64,000 nucleotides of DNA, from the NCBI GenBank assembly GCA_026014495.1, contig JAOZIF010000137.1, forward strand, positions 1 to 64,000, given 5' to 3'. Source of the stretch: Candidatus Bathyarchaeum sp. GTDB lineage: Archaea; Thermoproteota; Bathyarchaeia; Bathyarchaeales; Bathyarchaeaceae. This document shows, piece by piece, positions 49,829 to 60,611 of this stretch. The notes under the pieces were generated by a model. The model was given only the letters and a program-made list of their open reading frames with translations. It searched no databases and was not told the DNA's origin. The translations under genes were made by a program, and so were the position numbers. Each line of letters begins with the position of its first letter. Position 1 is the first letter of the stretch.

Positions 49829-50700
49829 GACGCAATCTTGATCTTTCCTTTTACGCCCAGACTTTCTAATGCCTTTTCAATCTCCCCACATGCAACTTGT
49901 AACTCAGTAGCGCATTGATCAATATCAAGGTCACCTGAACGCCGTTTTGCATAGTCTAAGACTGACTGCTCTAAGTCTTCATTGATTGTCAAAGCTACAC
50001 GCTTCATTTCTGTTTCTTTAAATGATACAACTTTTTGGGAGATTCTAGGCTCAGAAATTTCTGAACAGGTCGCAGTGAGAGCAACCATCTGTCTCTTCTG
50101 TACTACTCTTTGTTGAGGTTGACGCTGAGGCGTTTGTATTACTGGAGAAGTTGGAGGTTCAGGAAGTTTTTCTGTTATTTGTTCTTCCAAAAACTCAGCG
50201 ACTTCTGCGAGAACTTCTTCACCGCCTTCTGTTTTAACGTCCAACGGCACCTCAAGTTTTGAGGAGTCGATTTTGGACATGGTCATAACCTCGAATATGC
50301 TTTCGTTTACCCTTTCCATTTCAACGGCCATCTGAGGCATAAATGAACTGAGGCTTTTTGTTACCGATTGAAGATTAGTAATAACTGGTTTCAAATCTGA
50401 AAACGCTGAATTGAATTCTTTGAGTGTTTCTAGTCGCAGGATAGTTCGTTCTACTAGTATCTGAGTATGATAGATAACTTTGGTTAGTTTTCTGACTTCA
50501 GCAAGTTCAGTAGCAAATATTGCTGCGCGTTCCTTGTTTTTTGCTTGTAATGCTGTTGCACAAGTTGTGAAAAGAATTTTGTCTCTTCGGGTAAGTTTGA
50601 CAATAACTTGGCCTAATTTATATTGTTGAGCCTTAAGTTTGGGTACTGCCTCAACAACTACCTTCTCAAATTGAGGAGAAGCACGGAAAGGGTTTTTGAT
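49825..50700 (-). CDS. cdvB: ESCRT-III CdvB with C-terminal winged helix; inferred ATC start at 50700
   Basis: Frame is open from 50718 with no ATG/GTG/TTG before 50394. The upstream part encodes KLKAQQYKL...RRDKILF...AAIFATELAEVRK...LVERTILRLETL (Snf7 core). MIM2-like KLPEPP and a C-terminal wH are present; ATGA overlap with cdvC. Confidence 0.85.
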   Translation of the reverse strand: MKNPFRASPQFEKVVVEAVPKLKAQQYKLGQVIVKLTRRDKILFTTCATALQAKNKERAAIFATELAEVRKLTKVIYHTQILVERTILRLETLKEFNSAFSDLKPVITNLQSVTKSLSSFMPQMAVEMERVNESIFEVMTMSKIDSSKLEVPLDVKTEGGEEVLAEVAEFLEEQITEKLPEPPTSPVIQTPQRQPQQRVVQKRQMVALTATCSEISEPRISQKVVSFKETEMKRVALTINEDLEQSVLDYAKRRSGDLDIDQCATELQVACGEIEKALESLGVKGKIKIAS

Positions 50701-50728
50701 GGATTGTCCCTCACAGACCTAAAAAAGG

Positions 50729-51475
50729 TTAGGAAGTTTGTTTGTTAGGGTTCCGCACATGGATAATTACTGGGGGTTCAGGAAGGTTTGCAGAAACAGG
50801 TGTAGTTACCTGTGGAGTTTCAGTTTCTTCGGGTGCTTTTGTTTGTGGGACTACAGGTGCTGGCGTAGTTTTCTCTCCAAGTAGCAAATTAGATAATTTG
50901 CTCTTCAAAACTTCTAAGTCGCTTTTCTCTGCGTTGACTCCTTTTAAGCCCCACTGGATTATTTTCAAAGCTTTATCGTATGTTTCACCGTTTAATCTGC
51001 CAATTTCGCGTTCAATCTCCAAGTTTATCAAAGCTGAATGCAGTTCATGAATCTGTTTGTTGCAACGGTCAACTTCACTGTCTATTTCACTCACAAGTCC
51101 TTTGGCGTTATCTTTTAGTTGATTTAGTGCGCCTTCAAAAGTTAGGTGTAAGTCATCATACATTTCTGGCGGAATCTTCTTCTTTTCCACAAGCTCATTT
51201 AGAGCCCTGTCTTTTCTCCAGATTAATGGAATTTCTTGACATAGAGAGTTAGCTTTCAGTTTGAGCGTCGGCGAGATAACTAGGTTTCCGTTATCCATTT
51301 TGATTTGATCACTGGTGTAACTAAGGAACTCTCCGTCACCATGTTCGACAAAGATTCCATCTATCCGACCTGTGGGTGTTACCTTGAATGATGCCACTCG
51401 ACCGATTTGTCTTCCATACTCATCCTTTATTTGATTGCCAACAAAAAGAAAGGGGTTGGAAATGGGTTTTGACAC
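50729..51475 (-). CDS. cdvA: Cell division protein CdvA
   Basis: PRC-barrel-like start VGNQIKDEYGRQIG, long coiled coil, LEIEREIG, C-terminal LPEPPVIIHV ESCRT-III-binding peptide; GGAGGTGA RBS. Confidence 0.9.
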   Translation of the reverse strand: MSKPISNPFLFVGNQIKDEYGRQIGRVASFKVTPTGRIDGIFVEHGDGEFLSYTSDQIKMDNGNLVISPTLKLKANSLCQEIPLIWRKDRALNELVEKKKIPPEMYDDLHLTFEGALNQLKDNAKGLVSEIDSEVDRCNKQIHELHSALINLEIEREIGRLNGETYDKALKIIQWGLKGVNAEKSDLEVLKSKLSNLLLGEKTTPAPVVPQTKAPEETETPQVTTPVSANLPEPPVIIHVRNPNKQTS

Positions 51476-51521
51476 AGTGTCACCTCCTTATTCTACGTGA
51501 ACAGCTATGTTTACTGCAGAG

Positions 51522-52175
51522 CTATGTTTCGCTCTGCAGGGATTCGCCAAATGATGGCATTCCCGTAGGTAAGTCGGGGAACTTCTCTTTGACTTTCTGC
51601 TCTGCAACTGTGGCTGCTTCGTTTAGTATTTTCTGTGCGTCGTCTCCTGCGGTCTGGAAATCAATGTTCATGCCTGAGTTGTAGCCTGCATCCATGATGA
51701 TTCCACTGAGTAAGTTTCCGATGCTTCCAATCTCGCGTTCTGCCTCTGGGAATACTGTACCCATTCCTGCTTTGACATTGCGTAGCACATTAACTGCTGG
51801 CGCCAAGGTACTGACTACATCGCCGAGTTCTGAAACTGTGCTTAGTCTGAGAACAATCTGTTCTAGAGCTAGCCTGGAGTGCATGATCATGCGTTCCATT
51901 TTTCGTATTTCGGCTAGTTCATTGGCGAAGACGTTTGCGCGTGCCATGTCATGTTTTGTGTAAGCGTTAACGATTTTCTGGAAGATTGCCTTGTCGCGGT
52001 CTGTGAATCGGTCTGCGGCTTTGTCTAGTTTCTGTATCTGCATTTCCATTCTTTTTACTGCGAAATCTAGTCTTGGTTTTAATGGACCCGGTGGGCGAAC
52101 GGCGTCCTTAATTTTGTTGCTGAGAGGTGTGTCATCGACTCCTTCTCCCCATTTTTTTGCAAATTTTTCTGACAT
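51522..52175 (-). CDS. ESCRT-III paralog (CdvB1/B2-like, Snf7 family)
   Basis: MSEKFAKKW (ATG 52175, GTGAGG RBS), RARANVFANELAEIRK-like core (ARANVFANELAEIRK), ALEQIVLRLSTV, C-terminal FPDLP (MIM2). Confidence 0.92.
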   Translation of the reverse strand: MSEKFAKKWGEGVDDTPLSNKIKDAVRPPGPLKPRLDFAVKRMEMQIQKLDKAADRFTDRDKAIFQKIVNAYTKHDMARANVFANELAEIRKMERMIMHSRLALEQIVLRLSTVSELGDVVSTLAPAVNVLRNVKAGMGTVFPEAEREIGSIGNLLSGIIMDAGYNSGMNIDFQTAGDDAQKILNEAATVAEQKVKEKFPDLPTGMPSFGESLQSET

Positions 52176-52401
52176 TCTAAATTCCTCACGCAAGCATGTG
52201 GGTTTAAAGCGTATTATTACGTTGTTAATATGCAACGAACATTTACATATATATCAGACACAATGTGCCTGTTCTAGCGCCGTTTTGAGCTTTAAAGCTA
52301 AGATTGAAAGAGAGATGGGGCGCATATACGAAAATAGACAGTTTTATGTAAGTTACACTCAAAAGCGCGAAGATTTAACTGTTAAAAGCAAGGTGAATTG
52401 A

Positions 52402-52620
52402 ATGAGTGACAGACTAAAAATACTGGGAGTGTTTGCTCTGTTGGGCTTCGTAGGCGGAATCGTAGCAAACGTCGGTTTTCACACGGTGTGGCCTTGGCTG
52501 GTAGCTAACTTTCCGTTAATCTTCTCTGCAGAGTGGGTTATCTCAGGAATGGCAGGCGCTCTGATAACTACATTCTTTGTAGTAATCTGGGTCTACCTAA
52601 GCAAACCCTCCGCCGAGTAA
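52402..52620 (+). CDS. Small two-TM membrane protein
   Basis: AGGTGA RBS, two hydrophobic segments, followed by a terminator-like tract. Confidence 0.7.
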   Translation: MSDRLKILGVFALLGFVGGIVANVGFHTVWPWLVANFPLIFSAEWVISGMAGALITTFFVVIWVYLSKPSAE

Positions 52621-52621
52621 A

Positions 52622-52650
52622 GGGAAACCTTCCAACCCCCCTTTTTATTT
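52622..52650 (+). terminator. Putative terminator
   Basis: GGAA-ACC-TTCC mini-hairpin then CCCCCCTTTTTATTT. Confidence 0.45.
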
Positions 52651-52759
52651 GCGGTTCCCCCGCGTCTTTATAGCGGTAAGCAACTTTATGTTTTAATCCA
52701 AAGCAGAAACTGAAAACCTTTTAAGAGCGTACTTTTCTTTCAAGCTTATTCTTTTTTGG

Positions 52760-54766
52760 TTGTTGGATGGTAGTATGCGATTCGAGTTAGTGGCACCTTA
52801 CAAGATGTCTCCTGGTCAGCAAGAAGCAGTAGCGAAGCTTGTTAACAACTTTGAAGCAAACGACAAGCAAACTCTTCTTGGAATTACTGGAAGTGGTAAA
52901 ACGTTTGTTATGGCGAACGTGATTAACAAGCTTCAGAAGCCCACGCTCATTCTTGCGCATAACAAAACTTTGGCGGCTCAACTATATGCTGAATTAAAAG
53001 AACTTTTTCCAAACAATCGGGTGGAATATTTTATTTCGTTTTATTCATATTACCAGCCTGAATCCTATTTGCCGACAACCGACATGTACATCGAAAAAGA
53101 CTCGGACATTAACGAACAGATAGAAAAAATGCGGATGCATGCAGTCTCTAGCATTGTCAGCAGAGAAGACACAATAATTGTGGCTAGCATAAGCTGCATT
53201 TATGGTTTAGGAAATCCTGAAGACTTCGTTGGCATGGCAGCAGATTTGAGTGTTAACAAACAAATGAAACGCCAAGAACTGCTGCAGGCACTAGTGAATA
53301 TGCGGTATGAACGCAACGATAAGGTGCTTGAGGCGGGCAGATTTAGAGTTCGAGGAAATGTTGTGGACGTTATTCCTTCGTATGAAGAAGATATTTTGAG
53401 AATTGAGTTTGAAGGCGACAAAATCAAGAGTATAAAAGAAGTTGAAGCAATAACTGGAGACCTCAAAGTTAGTATTGACAAAATTACTTTGTATCCTGCA
53501 AGACAGTATGTTGTTCCTGAAGAGAAACAAAAAAGGGCACTAGAGCGAATAAAATGTGAATTGGCTGAAGAGTTGCCTAATCTTCCTGCTCTTGAAGCTC
53601 AACGGCTCAGAAAACGTGTAAGCTATGACATTGAAATGATTAAAGAGATGGGTTACTGTAAAGGAATTGAAAACTACAGCCGCCATTTTGACGGTCGCAG
53701 CGCTGGGGAGCCTCCTTTTGTTTTGGTTGACTATTTTCCTAAAGATTTTCTGTTGATAATTGATGAGAGCCATCAAACGATTCCTCAGGCGCGGGCTATG
53801 TTTAATGGTGATTATTCCCGAAAAAAGAACCTTGTTGATTATGGGTTTCGACTTTCATGCGCTTTTGATAATCGTCCTTTAAAGTTTGAGGAATTCGAGA
53901 AAAAGATGGGAAAAACGCTGTTTGTTTCTGCAACTCCAGCAGAATATGAACTGCAAATCAGCGGTGAACCTGTACAGCTAATAACACGTCCTACTGGTCT
54001 TCTTGACCCTGAAGTTGAAATTCATCCAATTGAGGGTCAGATGAAGCATTTGATGGGCGAAGCAAAAAAGACCATTGAAAGAGGCGACAGAGCGCTTGTT
54101 ACTACCCTCACAAAGAGAATGGCAGAAGATTTAACCGACTATCTGGTGAAAGAGGGCTTTCGCGTCAGATATATGCACTCTGAAATTGACAGCCTAGACC
54201 GAATAGAGTTGATCAGGCAACTGCGGGCGGGAGAATTTGACATTCTTGTAGGAATAAACTTGTTACGTGAAGGCTTGGATGTGCCTGAAGTTTCAACAAT
54301 TTTCATCTTGGATGCAGACAAAGAAGGTTTTCTGCGCGATGAGCGGAGCCTTATTCAGACTATTGGAAGAGCAGCCCGAAACGTGAACGGGAAAGTATTT
54401 TTGTATGCTGACGAAAAAACGCAGTCAATCAACAGGGCAGTTGAGGTAACCCAGTACAGGAGAATATTTCAGAAAAGCTACAACAAAAAACACAACATTA
54501 CTCCAAGAACTATAGTGAAAAGTGTAGCTGAAAGCGAGAGAACAATAAAAGGAACTAAGCATCTGCCGAAATCTGAGATTCAAACACAGCTTATTGAGCT
54601 TGATGCGAAGATGCGAGCAGCCGCAGCTAGGCTAGACTTTGAGAAAGCAATCATGTTTAGAGACCGTATTCAAGAATTAGAAAAGTCTTTAGATTGGGTG
54701 TTGGGCAAAGAAGAGAGAAAGAGCAGCAAAAAAAGAAAGCAAAAATCTGTGACTTTAAAACGATAG
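52760..54766 (+). CDS. uvrB: Excinuclease ABC subunit B
   Basis: [64 protein letters not shown]-terminal UVR. Likely start ATG 52775. Confidence 0.97.
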   Translation: MLDGSMRFELVAPYKMSPGQQEAVAKLVNNFEANDKQTLLGITGSGKTFVMANVINKLQKPTLILAHNKTLAAQLYAELKELFPNNRVEYFISFYSYYQPESYLPTTDMYIEKDSDINEQIEKMRMHAVSSIVSREDTIIVASISCIYGLGNPEDFVGMAADLSVNKQMKRQELLQALVNMRYERNDKVLEAGRFRVRGNVVDVIPSYEEDILRIEFEGDKIKSIKEVEAITGDLKVSIDKITLYPARQYVVPEEKQKRALERIKCELAEELPNLPALEAQRLRKRVSYDIEMIKEMGYCKGIENYSRHFDGRSAGEPPFVLVDYFPKDFLLIIDESHQTIPQARAMFNGDYSRKKNLVDYGFRLSCAFDNRPLKFEEFEKKMGKTLFVSATPAEYELQISGEPVQLITRPTGLLDPEVEIHPIEGQMKHLMGEAKKTIERGDRALVTTLTKRMAEDLTDYLVKEGFRVRYMHSEIDSLDRIELIRQLRAGEFDILVGINLLREGLDVPEVSTIFILDADKEGFLRDERSLIQTIGRAARNVNGKVFLYADEKTQSINRAVEVTQYRRIFQKSYNKKHNITPRTIVKSVAESERTIKGTKHLPKSEIQTQLIELDAKMRAAAARLDFEKAIMFRDRIQELEKSLDWVLGKEERKSSKKRKQKSVTLKR

Positions 54767-54789
54767 TTAAGAACAGGTAAGAGAAAATT

Positions 54790-57642
54790 ATGAGAGATAG
54801 TATTTTTGTTAAGGGTGCACGCGAGCACAATCTGAAAAACGTTGATGTAGAGTTACCTAGAAACAAGTTTATTGTAATCACTGGACTGTCAGGTTCAGGA
54901 AAATCGACTCTGGCATTTGATACAATATACGCTGAGGGACAAAGAAGATATGTAGAAAGCCTGTCAGCGTATGCGCGCCAGTTTTTGGGTTTAATGGATA
55001 AACCTGATGTTGACTCCATTGAAGGGCTCTCTCCAGCCATTTCTATTGAACAAAAGACAACAAGCAAAAACCCCCGTTCAACAGTTGGAACTGTAACAGA
55101 AATTTACGATTATTTGCGTTTACTCTTTGCGCGTATAGGTGTGCATCACTGTCCTAAATGTGACAGCTTGATTCATCCGCAGAGCCCAGAAAACATTACA
55201 AGCCTGATAATTAATGAGCAAAGCAAAACTTTGACTTTTCTTGCACCAATTATCAGAGGAATTAAAGGAATACATGAAAAAGTTTTGGAAGACCTGAAAA
55301 AAGATGGCTACACAAAGATTCGGGTTGACCAGCAAATCTATGATTCTGAGCAAATCAACGAAATAAAACTTGAGCGATACGGAAAACATTGGATTGAAGC
55401 AGTAATCGACACTGTTCAGATAGATAATGAAGAGCGTTCACGAATTGCAGAAGCAGTTGAGCAAGCATTAGAAGTTGGCAAAGGCACAATGATTCTCATC
55501 GATCAGAAACTGGACACCACACAAAGAAGAGAGGTGGAACGTTTTGAGGATGAAACAATCTACAGCACCTTTGGCGCTTGCCCAAACCACCCCGAAATAG
55601 TGTTTGAAAGCTTAGAACCCAGAATGTTCTCATTTAACTCTCCATACGGCGCCTGTAAACAATGCCACGGATTAGGAAACACGCTAGAAATATCCACAGA
55701 TTTAGTGATTCCCAACAAAAACAAATCAATCATAGACGGCGCGCTCGCAGTTTACGGAAAAATGGACCTAAGCTGGAGAGTACAACAGCTTGCCGCTGTT
55801 GGCAAAAAATACGGTTTTGACGTATTTACTCCCATAAACCAATTCACCACAAAGCAGCTAGATGTGCTCTTGTATGGAACAAAAGAGCCAATAAACGGAA
55901 GCTGGTCAAACGGCGCAAGCATGTGGATGAAAAACGGCTGGGAAGGAGTCATTCCACAGACAATGAGGTTGTATCATCAAACAGAAAGCGAAGGCAGAAA
56001 AGAGGCAATTATGCGGTTCATGAAATCGTCTCCCTGCACTGCCTGTAAAGGAAAACGCTTGCGCCCAGTAGTCCTTGGAGTGCGAATACTTGACAAAAGC
56101 ATAAGCGACGTCACCGAACTGTCAATCGAGCAAGCCGTTGAGTTCTTTGCTAATCTTGATTCTAAATTAAACGAAAAAGAACTTGTAATCGCAAAACAGG
56201 TGCTCAAAGAAATCAATGAGCGCTTAGGCTTTCTCAAAAACGTTGGGTTAGGCTACCTCACATTGGCTAGAGCTGCCAGAACCCTCTCTGGAGGAGAAGC
56301 CCAACGCATCCGTTTAGCCACCCAGATTGGAAGCAATCTTATGGGTGTTTTGTACATCTTGGATGAACCCAGCATCGGATTGCATCACAGAGACAACAAG
56401 AAACTAATCAGCACCCTTCATAAACTGCGAGACTTAGGCAACACCTTAATTGTAGTAGAACATGACGAAGAAACCATTCTAAACGCAGACTACGTCGTAG
56501 ATATGGGTCCAGGCGCTGGAGTTCATGGTGGACAAATTGTTTGTCAGGGCGCAGTTCCAGATATTATGGCATGCAAAAACAGCCTCACAGGCAGGTATCT
56601 TTCAGGCAAACTAACGATTGAACAACCTAAACAAAGACGAAAACCCGCAGGTTACATGGAAATAGAGGGAGCCCACGAGAACAACCTAAAGCAGGTTACA
56701 GTAAAGTTGCCGCTTGGAGTTTTGTGTGGAATAACAGGAGTTTCAGGCTCAGGAAAAAGTACACTCATGAATTTGACGGTTATGCCCATTTTGAGACAAA
56801 AGTTTGGGGAGCACATTGACAAAATTGGAAAACATGATTCGCTTTCTGTTCCATCGGATGTCCAAAACGTTATTGTAATCAATCAAGAGCCTATCGGAAA
56901 AACTCCCCGAAGTAACCCTGCTACTTACACCAAACTTTTTGATGAAATACGCAAACTATTCGCACAAACAAAAGACGCAAAAATGCGTGGCTACAAGCCT
57001 GGAAGATTTTCATTTAACGTTAAAGGCGGAAGATGCGAAACCTGTGGAGGCTACGGAGTTATCAGAATTGAAATGAACTTTCTGCCAGATGTTTACGTGA
57101 AATGCAGTGACTGCAAAGGAAAACGCTACAACAAAGAAACCCTAAGCATTCGCTACAAAGGAAAAAACATAGCCGAAGTTCTAGACATGGAAGTGGAAGA
57201 AGCCGCAGAATTCTTCAAAAATATTCCAGCGATTTCGCGAAAACTTCAGACACTACTGGATGTGGGGCTTGGATACATCAAACTGGGGCAAAGCTCAACA
57301 ACGCTTTCGGGCGGAGAAAGTCAACGCATCAAAATCACTCGTGAGTTAAGCAAAAACAAGTCTGGTCACGTGGTTTACATGCTGGATGAGCCCACAACGG
57401 GTCTTCATTTTGATGACACAAAACGGTTGATACAGGTTCTGAACAGCTTGGTGGATAAAGGAAACACGGTTTACGTAATAGAGCACAATCTTGATGTTAT
57501 AAAAAGCTGTGATTACCTTATTGATTTAGGTCCTGAAGGCGGAGAAGCAGGAGGAGAACTAATTGCCCAAGGAACCCCAGAAGAAGTCGCCAAAAACGCC
57601 GGGTCATACACGGGCAAGTTCCTAAAAGAATGCTCCAAATAG
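54790..57642 (+). CDS. uvrA: Excinuclease ABC subunit A
   Basis: [61 protein letters not shown], zinc fingers. Confidence 0.98.
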   Translation: MRDSIFVKGAREHNLKNVDVELPRNKFIVITGLSGSGKSTLAFDTIYAEGQRRYVESLSAYARQFLGLMDKPDVDSIEGLSPAISIEQKTTSKNPRSTVGTVTEIYDYLRLLFARIGVHHCPKCDSLIHPQSPENITSLIINEQSKTLTFLAPIIRGIKGIHEKVLEDLKKDGYTKIRVDQQIYDSEQINEIKLERYGKHWIEAVIDTVQIDNEERSRIAEAVEQALEVGKGTMILIDQKLDTTQRREVERFEDETIYSTFGACPNHPEIVFESLEPRMFSFNSPYGACKQCHGLGNTLEISTDLVIPNKNKSIIDGALAVYGKMDLSWRVQQLAAVGKKYGFDVFTPINQFTTKQLDVLLYGTKEPINGSWSNGASMWMKNGWEGVIPQTMRLYHQTESEGRKEAIMRFMKSSPCTACKGKRLRPVVLGVRILDKSISDVTELSIEQAVEFFANLDSKLNEKELVIAKQVLKEINERLGFLKNVGLGYLTLARAARTLSGGEAQRIRLATQIGSNLMGVLYILDEPSIGLHHRDNKKLISTLHKLRDLGNTLIVVEHDEETILNADYVVDMGPGAGVHGGQIVCQGAVPDIMACKNSLTGRYLSGKLTIEQPKQRRKPAGYMEIEGAHENNLKQVTVKLPLGVLCGITGVSGSGKSTLMNLTVMPILRQKFGEHIDKIGKHDSLSVPSDVQNVIVINQEPIGKTPRSNPATYTKLFDEIRKLFAQTKDAKMRGYKPGRFSFNVKGGRCETCGGYGVIRIEMNFLPDVYVKCSDCKGKRYNKETLSIRYKGKNIAEVLDMEVEEAAEFFKNIPAISRKLQTLLDVGLGYIKLGQSSTTLSGGESQRIKITRELSKNKSGHVVYMLDEPTTGLHFDDTKRLIQVLNSLVDKGNTVYVIEHNLDVIKSCDYLIDLGPEGGEAGGELIAQGTPEEVAKNAGSYTGKFLKECSK

Positions 57643-57666
57643 AAACTAGAATGGGTTGTTGAAATT

Positions 57667-59274
57667 GTGATTTCAATCTCTGAGCCGTCCAACTTCAACA
57701 GTTCAGAAATTCCCACTGAACCTGGAGTATACCTGTTCAAAGACACTAAAAACGAAATTATCTACATCGGAAAAGCAAAAAACCTCAGAGCAAGGATTCG
57801 AAGCTATTTTTCAAACTCAGAGCACACTCAAAAAACACTGCAGCTTGTTCCTAAAATCAGAACAATTGAATGGATTATAGTAGGCAACGAACTTGAAGCC
57901 CTGCTGCTAGAAAACAAACTTGTTAAAAAACACAAACCAAAATACAACGTGAACCTCAAAGACGCAAAAACATTTGCATATATTGCAATTTCTAAAGAAG
58001 CATACCCAAGAATCTTCACCACAAGAAAGCCTTCCTCTAGACTGGACATATTTGGTCCTTACACTGAAGGATACTTACGGCGAGAGCTTCAGCGATTAGT
58101 AATTAAAATTTTCAAAATACGGGTTTGCAAAAAATTTCCAAAACGAGCCTGCCTAAATTTTCACATTGGATTGTGCAATGCACCATGCACAGACAATGTA
58201 ACCCAACAGCAATACAATGAACAGGTTGAGCGAGCACGTTCTTTTCTTTTGGGTAACTATGAACAGCTAATTGAGCAACTTAATTTGCAGATGCAAGAAA
58301 CTTCGCAGCAGTTGGAGTATGAACGGGCTCTTGAGTTACGTAACCAGATGGCGTCTATCAAGCTTCTTACTCAACACCAAGTTGTTGATGCATATAGAAG
58401 ATATGATCAAGATGTTATTGCATTTAGGCGGCTTGGAGATAAGATGTTAGTTGTTCAGATGGGAGTGCGAAAGGGTGTGCTTTTGGGAAAAAAGGAGTAC
58501 ACCCTAGATTTTGAGCCACAAATTGAACAGGAGTTTTTGAAGGAATTCTATAACACAAACCCGATACCCCACGAAATACTGCTCAACATGACTGCATGGA
58601 CTGACCAAAAAGAAAAAGCTGCGCTGGAAGACTACTTTTCGACACTGAGAACTGCTCCTGTACATTTTAGTGTTCCAAAAGAGGGCGATGAACTCCAGTT
58701 GATAAAATTGGCAGAAAAGAACATCGAAGCAAACTTGGATGAAGACAGCGCATTAGTAGACCTGCAGACAGCCCTGAATCTGCCAGCGCTTCCCCGAATA
58801 ATAGAATGCTTTGATGTTTCTAACTTAGGAAAAGAACACGTGGTTTCTGGAATGGTCAGGTTCACAGATGGTAATCCAGACAAAAATAACTACCGCAGAT
58901 ACAAAATAAAAACTGTAACGGGACAAGACGATTTTGCCAGCATGAATGAAGCTGTGACCCGCAGATACAAACGTTTAGTTAATGAAGAGGCTCAGTTGCC
59001 TGATTTGATTGTAGTTGACGGTGGACCCGGACAGGTGAGTGCTACGAAGGCTGCGTTGAAGTCGCTTGGTTTACAGATTCCGTTTATTGGTCTAGCTAAA
59101 AAATATGAAGAAATCTTTTTGCCTGACGAACTAACTTCAAGGCGCTTTAACAAGAACAGCAGGATGATGCTTTTGTTGCGCAGAATCCGCGATTCGGCAC
59201 ACAATTTTTCGGTTAGCTACAGCAGAAAGAGAAGTCAAATGAAAATCAGAGACGAATTCAACGCCAAACAGTAA
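57667..59274 (+). CDS. uvrC: Excinuclease ABC subunit C (no C-terminal HhH domain)
   Basis: PGVYLF...YIGKAKNLRAR (GIY-YIG), EALLLE, IECFDVSN, DDFASM, PDLIVVDGGPGQ, RIRDSAHNF. Confidence 0.95.
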   Translation: MISISEPSNFNSSEIPTEPGVYLFKDTKNEIIYIGKAKNLRARIRSYFSNSEHTQKTLQLVPKIRTIEWIIVGNELEALLLENKLVKKHKPKYNVNLKDAKTFAYIAISKEAYPRIFTTRKPSSRLDIFGPYTEGYLRRELQRLVIKIFKIRVCKKFPKRACLNFHIGLCNAPCTDNVTQQQYNEQVERARSFLLGNYEQLIEQLNLQMQETSQQLEYERALELRNQMASIKLLTQHQVVDAYRRYDQDVIAFRRLGDKMLVVQMGVRKGVLLGKKEYTLDFEPQIEQEFLKEFYNTNPIPHEILLNMTAWTDQKEKAALEDYFSTLRTAPVHFSVPKEGDELQLIKLAEKNIEANLDEDSALVDLQTALNLPALPRIIECFDVSNLGKEHVVSGMVRFTDGNPDKNNYRRYKIKTVTGQDDFASMNEAVTRRYKRLVNEEAQLPDLIVVDGGPGQVSATKAALKSLGLQIPFIGLAKKYEEIFLPDELTSRRFNKNSRMMLLLRRIRDSAHNFSVSYSRKRSQMKIRDEFNAKQ

Positions 59275-59302
59275 CATGATATTTGGTGGAAACTAAGCAG
59301 GT

Positions 59303-59749
59303 TTAGATTCTTTGTTTGCCCAAGACTTTTCGGAATGTGCCATCTTTTGGGCATTTGTAGAGTCCTATGTGTAGTTGTAGTCGTTTACCGTTTTTGTCTG
59401 GTCGCCCAGCCATTTTCCATGTTTTTTTTGGTTCAAACTGTTTTTTGCATTTGGGGCATTTTGCGGTGTGTGTATCCATAATCCTGTAGTACATTCTGTT
59501 TCTGACGACTTTTGTTTTGATGTTTTTTTGTCTGACCATGTTATGAAGGAGTGTGGTAAAGTCTGCTATGGAGAATGTTGACATTTTGGTTATTTCGGGG
59601 GTGCTAAAGTCTGTGTGGTAGTGTATTCCGCCCATTATTTCTTGAGATGTGAATGCGCCTTCTTTGCGTTCCTTGAGAAATGCGAGTATTTCGTCTTCTA
59701 CTTTGCTGTGGAGTTGTCCTCCTTCAAATTCTTTTTTGGTTATGGGCAT
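59303..59749 (-). CDS. Winged-helix domain fused to a Cren7-like chromatin-protein domain
   Basis: N-terminal EILAFLKERKEGAFTSQEI...VVRNRMYY; C-terminal PKKTWKMA...IGLYKCPKDGTFRKVL resembles the Cren7 consensus P.KVW.LA...IGLFK.P..GK.FR..L. Confidence 0.7.
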   Translation of the reverse strand: MPITKKEFEGGQLHSKVEDEILAFLKERKEGAFTSQEIMGGIHYHTDFSTPEITKMSTFSIADFTTLLHNMVRQKNIKTKVVRNRMYYRIMDTHTAKCPKCKKQFEPKKTWKMAGRPDKNGKRLQLHIGLYKCPKDGTFRKVLGKQRI

Positions 59750-59968
59750 AATGTGTCACAGGTTATGTTTTGGGTGTGTGTGCGCTAACGTAAGCGTTTT
59801 GTAACGCTCTTGCGTTTTTGTTTACTGTATGTTAATTGTTTACTTATAAATTAAGTCTTATGGCTTAATAATTGAGATTGTGTGTAAATTACCCAAAAAC
59901 ACCCAACCAAAACCACAAAAGATAAAATAGACGAAACGGCACTATACGAACCTGCGAGAGCGAATAAG

Positions 59969-60163
59969 ATGCCTGAAGAAATCTTTGACGTTGACAAATT
60001 CATACAAATTGCGGACAGAGCAGAATACTGCAACATTAAAAGACTCGAACGAGAAGTCAAACTCAAACTTCGAACCCCCAAAAAATTATACACCCTAAAA
60101 GTAAACCCCACAAAAGCCGAAGAAATAGTCAAAAAACTACGCTGTGAAATACGCGAAATATAG
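59969..60163 (+). CDS. rpl38e: 50S ribosomal protein eL38
   Basis: MPEEIFDVDKFIQIA...VKLKLRTPKKLYTLKV...AEEIVKKL. Confidence 0.9.
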   Translation: MPEEIFDVDKFIQIADRAEYCNIKRLEREVKLKLRTPKKLYTLKVNPTKAEEIVKKLRCEIREI

Positions 60164-60194
60164 CCAGTTTTGAAGAAATTCGCATAGTTTTTTG

Positions 60195-60611
60195 TTACTT
60201 TCTTTTCCTGAAGTACGTTAAGTTATCGTTGTCTTTTCCAACCCACTCGAATCCTGCTTCAAGTAGCTTTGTAATTTCTTGTTTAGTTTCTGCGACTTTT
60301 ACGTCATATTCGTCTCCTTCAAAACTGATCAGTTGCGTGTAAAGTAATGTGCTGTTTATTGACTTGTGGCCAAGCACTTTCTTGACGTATAGAATGTCTT
60401 TGGTTTTATGGTAAGTCATTGTTGCTTTCCAATGTCTAAATGTCGTGAACTTGATTTTTTGTATTCGCGGATTATTGAAGTTTCTAGCTATTCTTCTTCG
60501 TTGATTGCTAAAGTTTGATTTGTAACTTCGTACGACTCCTTGAAGTATTCTGTTGGATTTTTTTGGATTCTGTTTTCGCGTTTTTTCGAAGTTGCGGGAA
60601 ACGGGATTTTT
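60195..60611 (-). pseudogene. 5'-truncated tyrosine recombinase/integrase remnant
   Basis: In-frame PKKSNRI...NPRIQKIKFTTFRHWKATMTYHKTKDILYVKKVLGHKSINSTLLY (R-H, LGH, catalytic Tyr). In-frame TGA at 60612-60614; no N-terminal domain or box I Arg. Confidence 0.8.

Noticed and set aside
51522-52235. ORF-track start at 52235 for the ESCRT-III paralog; likewise extended starts at 40286 and 63726
   Set aside because: Downstream starts (52175, 40205, 63612) have clear RBS motifs and the extensions look non-coding.
59785-59820. Short AGCGTT/AACGCT inverted repeat upstream of the wHTH-Cren7 gene
   Set aside because: Only 6 bp arms; too weak to support without conservation data.
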